DNA from: Candidatus Gastranaerophilales bacterium
GTDB taxonomy: Bacteria > Cyanobacteriota > Vampirovibrionia > Gastranaerophilales > Gastranaerophilaceae
NCBI GenBank assembly: GCA_944327225.1
Contig: CALVGZ010000002.1
Coordinates: 20,579-84,578, forward strand
Length of the DNA stretch: 64,000 nt
Direction of reading: 5' to 3'
Positions 57,258 to 64,000 of the stretch are shown here, one piece after another. A model generated the notes under the pieces. It did no database searches, was not told the origin of the DNA, and saw only the letters and a list, made by a program, of their open reading frames with translations. Each line of letters starts with the position of its first letter. The stretch's first letter is position 1. Made by a program: the position numbers and the translations under genes.

Positions 57258-59090
57258 ATGAAAAAGAAATTATTTTTTATTTTTTTTGTATTAAGTTTTT
57301 TATTTTCATTGTTCATTAATGCAGATAAGATAAATGTTCCGTATTTTGGCGGTTTAAATAAAAAAATTTCACTTGATGTTGTATTTAAAAATTCATTTGA
57401 AGAAAATAAAGAAAGAGTTTTATTTGATGGCAAAAATCCTGAAAATGTTTTAAAAATTGATAACGAACACTATTTATATTCGTTAAAAGATTATAAGTCA
57501 GTTAAAAAAATAGATTTGAAAAATCCTGAAAATGTTGAAAAAGTTATTATTTATGCTGATAAAGAAGCTTTTTTTGTTAATTCATTTGATATGAAAGGAA
57601 AAGTTTTTAGTATAGAGACGAAAAAAATGTCTGCAAAATCTTTATATGATAAGGCAGCGATTTCTTTTCTTTCGTTTTTTTATAATTTTAATTATTTTAT
57701 TGTTTGTTATTTAATTTTATTTTTTAGTTTTTTAAAGTTTTCTTTTCATGAAAAAAATTTTGTATGTTTAATGTTATTGTTAACAATCATTTTAAGGTTG
57801 GCACAGTTAAATAATATACCTTTTTGGGATGATGAAATTTATACTATAAAAATAACGGAATTGAATTCTCCTTTGGGTTTGCTATTATCTGACCCCGGAA
57901 ATCCGCCTTTATATTTTATTTTGTTTAAAATTTTTCGTTTGTTGATTCAAAATTCTGATTTTTGGAGAGTTTCGTCTGTTATTTTTGGAAGTATTTTTAA
58001 TATTGCTTTTTATATTTATATAAAAAAAGTTTTAAACAAAAATTCAGCTCAAATTGCTCTTTTTATAATGTCTATAAATATTGTTATGATTTACTTTTCA
58101 CAAGAACTCAGATGTTATATGCTTTTGATGTTGTTTAGTGTTTTAAGTTCATTGTTTTTGTTTAATTTTAATAAAAAAAATAAATTGTATTATTTTATTA
58201 GTTCGATGGCGTTATTATACACGCATTTTTACGGAGCTTTTTTTGTTTTGTATAATTTCTTTTTTGGTTTTTTTATTTATTTAAGCAAAAAAAGAAAATG
58301 GGATTTTTTAAAAATAAATTTGTTATCTTTTTTATTTTTTTTACCTTTATTAATTTTTAAAAAAGAAAGTATAACAACGGATTTTAACTCTTGGATTACA
58401 AAGCCTGATTGGTTTGATATAAGGCTTGTTTTTGAAACTTTTTCAGGACATAGTTTATTATTTTTAGTTTTTTTGATTATTGGTATATTCCTTATAAAAA
58501 CTGTTAAGAAGAGAAAAGAAAAAGTTTTTATTATTTATAATTTTAATGCTATATTGTTTGTGTTTTTTGCATCTCTTATTTTTTCTTTTTTAATAAAACC
58601 AATTTTTTGTTATAGATATTTTTATGTCGTCTATCCTTGTTATATAGCACTTGTTTCATATTTGCTTTCAATAAATTATAAATTTAAGGCTCAAATTATT
58701 TTAAAAACCGTTATTTTAATATTGTTTGTTTTAAATTCAAGACTAAATTATCAAAATCTTTTTTGTAATCATAACTTATATTTAGAGTTTATAAAAAATG
58801 ATATAGATTATATTAATAATAATTATATTTTTATGTCCGATACGGTTCAAGGTTATAGCAAATTTGAAGATACTTTTAAAAATAAAAAAAATGTTGAAAT
58901 AGTATACTTACCTGTAAACAAAGGCATTAAAGAAATAAATTTTAAAGATTTTAATTTGAAAAAACCCTATTGTGCCTATGTTTTAAATTTATATTTAAAA
59001 GACGATGTTTTTGACAGTAATTATGATATAGAATTATATAAGACTCCTCTTGGGGTTTTTTCAAAAACGGTATTTAAAAGTAAGGAGTAG
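57258..59090 (+). CDS. polytopic membrane glycosyltransferase (GT39/GT83, ArnT/PMT-like)
   Basis: 610 aa. Signal/anchor plus a soluble segment of about 130 aa, then about 10 TM helices with a first-loop acidic motif (NNIPFWDDEIYT). Confidence 0.6.
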   Translation: MKKKLFFIFFVLSFLFSLFINADKINVPYFGGLNKKISLDVVFKNSFEENKERVLFDGKNPENVLKIDNEHYLYSLKDYKSVKKIDLKNPENVEKVIIYADKEAFFVNSFDMKGKVFSIETKKMSAKSLYDKAAISFLSFFYNFNYFIVCYLILFFSFLKFSFHEKNFVCLMLLLTIILRLAQLNNIPFWDDEIYTIKITELNSPLGLLLSDPGNPPLYFILFKIFRLLIQNSDFWRVSSVIFGSIFNIAFYIYIKKVLNKNSAQIALFIMSINIVMIYFSQELRCYMLLMLFSVLSSLFLFNFNKKNKLYYFISSMALLYTHFYGAFFVLYNFFFGFFIYLSKKRKWDFLKINLLSFLFFLPLLIFKKESITTDFNSWITKPDWFDIRLVFETFSGHSLLFLVFLIIGIFLIKTVKKRKEKVFIIYNFNAILFVFFASLIFSFLIKPIFCYRYFYVVYPCYIALVSYLLSINYKFKAQIILKTVILILFVLNSRLNYQNLFCNHNLYLEFIKNDIDYINNNYIFMSDTVQGYSKFEDTFKNKKNVEIVYLPVNKGIKEINFKDFNLKKPYCAYVLNLYLKDDVFDSNYDIELYKTPLGVFSKTVFKSKE

Positions 59091-59093
59091 CTT

Positions 59094-59750
59094 ATGTTGT
59101 TAGATTTAATTGAAAATAGAAAAAGTGTTCGTGAATATCTTGAAAAAGATATACCAAATGAAGATTTAAAGAAGATTTTAAAAGCCGGATATCTTGCCCC
59201 TTCTTGGATGAACAGTCAGCCTTGGAAATTTATTCTTGTGAAAAATTCTGAAATAAAAGCTTTATTATCGCAATTATCAGGTAACCAACCCCATGTAAAA
59301 AACGCAAATGCCCTTATAGTTTGTATAGCTGATAAAAATGGTTGGTCAAAAGAAGAATTTGGTAAGGTGCTTGCAGCCAGAGGTATTGGTGAGAGTGGTC
59401 GTGAGAAAATATTTAATATTCCTATGTTTTATCCGCCACTTTTAGGAGAAGATAAAGTTCTTTTGAGAACAGTAGAGCAAGTAACTTACGCGGTTTCGTA
59501 TATGATGTTGGAAGCAAAAGATTTGGGCATTGATTCTTGTATAATCGGTGCAATTTCAAATGAAGCAACGGTTAAAAATGAAGATTTGATTGAAAAAGTA
59601 AATAAAGTTCTGAATTTGAATAATGATGAAGTAATAATTACCATGATTACACTTGGATATGCCAAAGAAGATACTCCTGCTAACAAAATAAGAAAAGATT
59701 TTGATGAAATTATATATTTTGAAAGAAAAGGAAATAAAATAGATTTTTAA
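59094..59750 (+). CDS. nitroreductase-family oxidoreductase
   Basis: 218 aa. RKSVREY....I.......IL.AG..APS..N.QPWKFILV signature. Confidence 0.85.
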   Translation: MLLDLIENRKSVREYLEKDIPNEDLKKILKAGYLAPSWMNSQPWKFILVKNSEIKALLSQLSGNQPHVKNANALIVCIADKNGWSKEEFGKVLAARGIGESGREKIFNIPMFYPPLLGEDKVLLRTVEQVTYAVSYMMLEAKDLGIDSCIIGAISNEATVKNEDLIEKVNKVLNLNNDEVIITMITLGYAKEDTPANKIRKDFDEIIYFERKGNKIDF

Positions 59751-59757
59751 TAATTCG

Positions 59758-59779
59758 AAAGGGGCAAATGCCCCTTTTT
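59758..59779. terminator. bidirectional rho-independent terminator
   Basis: aaaggggc-aaat-gccccttt followed by a T-run, between the convergent nitroreductase and pilO genes. Confidence 0.85.
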
Positions 59780-60356
59780 AAACTGTTTTTGTATAAAGTC
59801 TGATTTTAAATTTAACAATTAATATTGTCTTATCTTTATCATAAGGTTCTATGTAAACTTCGTAGATATTACTCAAGTAATTTTCTTTGGCTATATTTTT
59901 AAAGAATCTTTGAAATTGTGAATAGTTACCTATAGCTGTAAAAGATAGCTCACAAGCATTATATCCGGGAACATTTGCAAAAAGGATTTTATCATCGGTT
60001 GGTTGATAATTGTAATCTATGGAGCGTATTCTAACGCCACTGTTTGTCATGTTAGATAATACATTTTCGAACATTATACCAAAAGACGCTTCAGGGCTGA
60101 ATTGTTGACCTAAAACTTCATAAATTACTTTTCCGCTTTCGGATTCTTTTTTCTTTTCAACTTTGCTGGCTGCTTTTTGCTTTCTTATTTGAGCAAGTTT
60201 GTCTTGTTTTGTTTCAAGTTCGGCTTTTTTCTGTACAACTTCATTATGGCTGTCAATTGCAAGTGTTGCAAAGTACCAACATCCGTATAGACCGCCTATA
60301 ATTACTACTATTACAACAAGAATATATAAAATTTTTTCTTTTATAAGTTTTTCCAT
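59778..60356 (-). CDS. pilO: type IV pilus assembly protein PilO-like
   Basis: 192 aa. N-terminal TM, coiled coil (KKAELETKQDKLAQIRKQKAA), then an alpha/beta domain. Immediately downstream of pilMN. Confidence 0.5.
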   Translation of the reverse strand: MEKLIKEKILYILVVIVVIIGGLYGCWYFATLAIDSHNEVVQKKAELETKQDKLAQIRKQKAASKVEKKKESESGKVIYEVLGQQFSPEASFGIMFENVLSNMTNSGVRIRSIDYNYQPTDDKILFANVPGYNACELSFTAIGNYSQFQRFFKNIAKENYLSNIYEVYIEPYDKDKTILIVKFKIRLYTKTV

Positions 60357-60365
60357 TTTTATTTC

Positions 60366-62057
60366 CTAATTTGTAGGTCTCATTTGGTCAGAAGGTTGTT
60401 CAATATTTCCCGCTTTTGGCCTCACTATGATATCATTTTCGTTCGGTAAATCCTTTTCGTCTTCCTTTTTATTATTGAATTGAATTTGTGTATTTGAAAT
60501 TTCAAAACTATATAATCTGTCGGTATTTTTATTTAAAGCCAGATCTTTTATTACACTATCTTCTTCTTCTGTTTTTGAATCTTCTGTAACAACTTTCAGT
60601 TCCGTTAGTTTTATATCTGTTTGGGGTGAGACTATTCTTAAATTTTTGTAGTATTCATAAATATCAACAATGCTTTCTGCGATACCTCTTACAGATATTT
60701 GATTTCCTGCTTTGTTGTAATATTTTGTAAGCCAGACATTTTTTGGTATATCGGTTGCAATAGAATCATAAAAATTAATAGCTTCTACATTTAATGCTGC
60801 GACTTCATCAATTACCATATTCATATCTATTTCTTCTTTTTTTTCTGTTTGATTTTCAGCATTTATTTGAGCATCAACAGATTGAATTTGATTGCTTAGT
60901 TCGGAAATGCTGTTTTGAGCTTGTGCATCAGTAAAATAAAGTAATCCTATTAAAGCTCCGAAAACAATCAAACAAATTCCAACAATTAATACCGTTAATT
61001 TATCTACAAAACCGCTTGTTATTTCAACCGGTGTTCCAAGGATGTTTGTCGTAAAGTAGATGCCCATATTTGCATTAGGGTCATCTTGTAGTACATTTAA
61101 AGTAAGATTAAGTTCTGATTTAATACTTGCTGCACCGATTACTGCAAGAGTGGTTGAATTAGTTGCATTGAAGTCTGTTGCGGACATTACTTCCATTAGG
61201 GGTTTTTTAGAATATTTGTTTGAATCAATTGCAATTATTTCTCTGTCGAATTGTAATTGTCTTTTTAAAACTTCAGCACATATTTCATCAGTTTGAGAAA
61301 TTATATATAAATTTGTAGAAGAAAAATTGGATAAAAGTTGAGACGAGCTTGACACAATTGCTTGATAAGCTTCTTCCATAGAGAAAGATTTAATTGCAAG
61401 AGGCACTTCACTGTAATCAACAAGATTTTTGCCATCCATTTGAAATAAAGTGTAGCTGTTAGTGTTGATTAACATCGCTGTCCAAGAAGTTTCTTCAATG
61501 ATTACATCGCTTATGTAGCCTGCAATTGATAAACCTCTTAAGGTAGCTGAATAAGCACTTTCTACTCCTACAAGTTGTAAACCAATATCCGAAATTATTT
61601 CTTTAATTTCGTCAATAGCACTTTTTTGAAAAGACGTATATGCTAATTTTTTTTGAGATCCGCCTTCAGAATTTGCAATTTCACTCCATCCGGAAATAGG
61701 TTCATCTCTTTTGAATATGTAAAATTCTTCCGCCTTGGATAGAATTGCAGTTTTAATTTCTGGGTTGCTAATCATTGGCGGAATTTCAAGAAAATCAAAA
61801 TAAACATTTGGTAAAACCAAATAAACAGGAGATTTTGGGGTGATTTTCATTTCATCCATAAGTTCTACAAGAGCTGTTTTAAATTGGACATAATCTTGAA
61901 TTTCTCTTGTTGAGAAATTATATTCAACTTTTTTTCGTCCATAATTTAAAATTGCGGATTTATTTTTATCAAGAATAACCGCCTCTAGTCCAATGCCCGG
62001 GGTTAGTGCAATTCCGACTATTTGTTTCTGATTTCCTGAAGATAAAAAATTTAACAT
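60366..62057 (-). CDS. pilM: type IV pilus alignment protein, PilM (actin-like ATPase fold) fused to PilN-like TM/coiled-coil segment
   Basis: 563 aa. N-terminal region of about 340 aa, PilM-like (IVGIALTPGIGLEAVILDK..). Central TM (LTVLIVGICLIVFGALIGLLYF). PilN-like periplasmic part and an acidic tail. Confidence 0.55.
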   Translation of the reverse strand: MLNFLSSGNQKQIVGIALTPGIGLEAVILDKNKSAILNYGRKKVEYNFSTREIQDYVQFKTALVELMDEMKITPKSPVYLVLPNVYFDFLEIPPMISNPEIKTAILSKAEEFYIFKRDEPISGWSEIANSEGGSQKKLAYTSFQKSAIDEIKEIISDIGLQLVGVESAYSATLRGLSIAGYISDVIIEETSWTAMLINTNSYTLFQMDGKNLVDYSEVPLAIKSFSMEEAYQAIVSSSSQLLSNFSSTNLYIISQTDEICAEVLKRQLQFDREIIAIDSNKYSKKPLMEVMSATDFNATNSTTLAVIGAASIKSELNLTLNVLQDDPNANMGIYFTTNILGTPVEITSGFVDKLTVLIVGICLIVFGALIGLLYFTDAQAQNSISELSNQIQSVDAQINAENQTEKKEEIDMNMVIDEVAALNVEAINFYDSIATDIPKNVWLTKYYNKAGNQISVRGIAESIVDIYEYYKNLRIVSPQTDIKLTELKVVTEDSKTEEEDSVIKDLALNKNTDRLYSFEISNTQIQFNNKKEDEKDLPNENDIIVRPKAGNIEQPSDQMRPTN

Positions 62058-62170
62058 CTCTATAAAATTCTAAACTTATTCACATCCTACTCTTATTTTA
62101 TAATACAATAATTAAACAAAATAATGTAGTAACTTAACAATTATATACAAAAATTTAAGGTTTATAAATT

Positions 62171-62935
62171 ATGCAAAATACTGAAAATGTTTATGTTTAT
62201 GGAAAAAATCCTGTTTATGAGATTTTGTTAAAAAATCCTAAGAGAATTAATAAAATATATTTTCAAAAAGGTAATTTTTTCGATAATCGATTAAAAAAAA
62301 TTAATGAATTGGCTTTTCAAAATAAAATTCAAATTCAATATGTTAATTTAAAAAACTTTAATGATTATTTTGATGATAAGCCTAATTTCCAGGGAGTTAT
62401 AGCCAGTGTTTGCCCTGTTGAATATGTAGAATTATCTGATTTTTTGGAAAAAAGTAAAGAGGATTATAAAAGAATTGTTATTTTAGATGGCATAGAAGAT
62501 CCTCACAATTTGGGAGCAATAATAAGAACAGTTGCGGCTGCAGGATTTGATGCAGTCATGGTTTCTAATCATAGAGCTGCACCGATTACAGCAGCTGTTG
62601 AAAAAATTTCTTCCGGAGCAGTTAACCACATTCCAATAATTAAAACAACCAGTCTTTCGACTAGTATTGATATATTAAAAAAACACGACTTTTGGGTAAT
62701 TGCCACACAAATGGAAGCAAAAGACAATTATTATGAAATTGATTATACCGATATGAATTTTGCACTTGTAATGGGGTCAGAAGGAAAGGGTATATCTAAA
62801 ACGATTTTGAATAAAGCTGATTTTACGGTTAAATTGCAATCAAATTTTGAATCTTTGAATGTTTCTGCAGCAGCTGCTGTTATAATATATGAAGCAAAAA
62901 GACAGATTGAAATTAAACAAATTAAATCTCTTTAA
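62171..62935 (+). CDS. rlmB: SpoU/TrmH-family RNA 2'-O-methyltransferase (RlmB-like)
   Basis: 254 aa. N-terminal substrate-binding domain (VYGKNPVYEIL) and motifs LDGIEDPHNLGAIIRT, LVMGSEGKGIS, LNVSAAAAVIIYE. Confidence 0.85.
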   Translation: MQNTENVYVYGKNPVYEILLKNPKRINKIYFQKGNFFDNRLKKINELAFQNKIQIQYVNLKNFNDYFDDKPNFQGVIASVCPVEYVELSDFLEKSKEDYKRIVILDGIEDPHNLGAIIRTVAAAGFDAVMVSNHRAAPITAAVEKISSGAVNHIPIIKTTSLSTSIDILKKHDFWVIATQMEAKDNYYEIDYTDMNFALVMGSEGKGISKTILNKADFTVKLQSNFESLNVSAAAAVIIYEAKRQIEIKQIKSL

Positions 62936-62981
62936 GAAAATCGAAAAATAATGTATAATAGCGTTGTCTTTGGAGATTGAA

Positions 62982-63992
62982 ATGAAGCAAAAAACTAAAG
63001 AAGAAAAGAAGATTCAAGAAGATTTTTTATATGATGATTTGGATGAGGAAACTCTTTTAGAAATTGATAATAATATTCAAGATAAGGAAGATGAAGAAGA
63101 TGATTCTTCAAAAAATCATGAAGATTATAAATCAATTGTTGCTGATGATTCAGTTAAGATATATCTTCAGCAAATTGGTAAAATACCGCTTTTAAGTTTT
63201 GAAGATGAATTAGAAATTGCTCGTCAAATTAAAGAAAATCATTCTCAAAAAGCAAGAGAAATATTAATTAATGCTAATTTAAGGTTGGTCGTTTCTATTG
63301 CAAAAAAATATATCGGAAGGGGACTGTCTTTTCTTGATTTAATTCAGGAAGGTAATTTAGGTTTGATGAAAGCTGCTGAAAAGTTTGATTATTCAAAAGG
63401 TTATAAGTTTTCAACTTATGCAACTTGGTGGATTCAACAAGCAATAACGAGAGGAATTGCAGATAAATCAAGGATGATTAGGCTGCCTGTTCATATGATT
63501 GAAACTTTAAGCAGAATAAAAAGGGCAACAATTGAATTATCAACGGAGCTAAATAGAGTTCCAACTAAAGAGGAGATAGCTAAAAGAGTTGATATGCCGG
63601 TCTCAAAACTTGTTGCATTGATGAAGAGTTCTCAAAGTACTATTTCAATTGAAACACCTGCCAACCAAAAGGATGACACTTCTAAGATAGCTGATTTTAT
63701 TGTAGATGATACTCATCTTACTCCTGATACGAAAGTTACGCAGGAGAATTTGCTTGAGGATGTACAAAAAATGTTAAATCAGCTCAATCCGAAAGAAAAA
63801 GATGTTTTAATTATGCGATACGGGCTTGATAATAACGGACAAAAAAAGACGCTTGATGAAATAGGAACTCGTTATGGAGTTTCAAGGGAAAGAATCAGAC
63901 AAATTGAAACAAGAGCGATTGCAAAATTGAAAAAATTATGTAGGAACAAGAACCTTTCCGTTAATTTAAAAAATTATATAGGGTTGGAATAA
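62982..63992 (+). CDS. sigA: primary-like (group 1/2) sigma-70 factor
   Basis: Start trimmed to MKQKTKE (SD GGAG 7 nt upstream). Region 2 (DLIQEGNLGLMKAAEKFD..GYKFSTYATWWIQQAITR), region 3, and region 4.2 (TLDEIGTRYGVSRERIRQIETRAIAKL). Confidence 0.93.
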   Translation: MKQKTKEEKKIQEDFLYDDLDEETLLEIDNNIQDKEDEEDDSSKNHEDYKSIVADDSVKIYLQQIGKIPLLSFEDELEIARQIKENHSQKAREILINANLRLVVSIAKKYIGRGLSFLDLIQEGNLGLMKAAEKFDYSKGYKFSTYATWWIQQAITRGIADKSRMIRLPVHMIETLSRIKRATIELSTELNRVPTKEEIAKRVDMPVSKLVALMKSSQSTISIETPANQKDDTSKIADFIVDDTHLTPDTKVTQENLLEDVQKMLNQLNPKEKDVLIMRYGLDNNGQKKTLDEIGTRYGVSRERIRQIETRAIAKLKKLCRNKNLSVNLKNYIGLE

Positions 63993-64000
63993 TTTGCTTT

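Overview
This is a 64-kb chromosomal segment from a very AT-rich bacterium (roughly 30% G+C by eye). It is gene-dense, with about 60 protein genes, and almost all are core housekeeping. I saw no transposase, integrase, phage, CRISPR-cas, tRNA or rRNA genes. Recognisable content falls into these groups: (1) Replication and repair: dxs (partial), gyrB, ssb, recA, dnaN, an SNF2 helicase and comFC. (2) Translation and RNA: mnmG, rsfS, rimI, a TrmH/RlmB-type methyltransferase and a group-1-like sigma-70. (3) Envelope: kdsA, rfbA, an amidase, an SLH-domain protein, ctpA, an ArnT/PMT-like glycosyltransferase, ccdA plus a thioredoxin, a GHL10 hydrolase and a membrane-anchored GT5 glycogen-synthase-like protein. 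(4) Metabolism: surE, thiS, an AICARFT-only purH-like gene, a DUF1537 kinase with a pdxA-like gene, folE2, thrB, upp, speH and a nitroreductase. (5) Motility and pili: a flagellar switch and export-gate cluster (fliY/N-O-P-Q-R) and a type IV pilus alignment module (pilMN fusion plus pilO). The combination of Kdo synthesis, SLH anchoring, a short SSB, a dnaN-proximal TTTTCCACA-type DnaA box, pilMNO, flagella and extreme AT-richness suggests a non-photosynthetic cyanobacterial relative (Vampirovibrionia/Melainabacteria, Gastranaerophilales-like). That placement is inference only. The standout feature is a hairpin-dense island of about 360 nt (14483-14845) with roughly 60% G+C. It lies between the convergent pdxA-like and SPASM radical-SAM genes. 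It consists of three duplicated sequence modules and at least ten stem-loops with recurring loop motifs, and it has no credible coding potential. I read it as a candidate unclassified structured RNA. Secondary points of interest: a candidate oriC upstream of dnaN with no dnaA nearby; an SNF2-helicase/comFC operon; a FliQ with a C-terminal extension of about 75 aa; a 1007-aa coiled-coil protein; and several lineage-specific hypothetical proteins, including an unannotated 53-aa ORF with a strong Shine-Dalgarno (SD) sequence.
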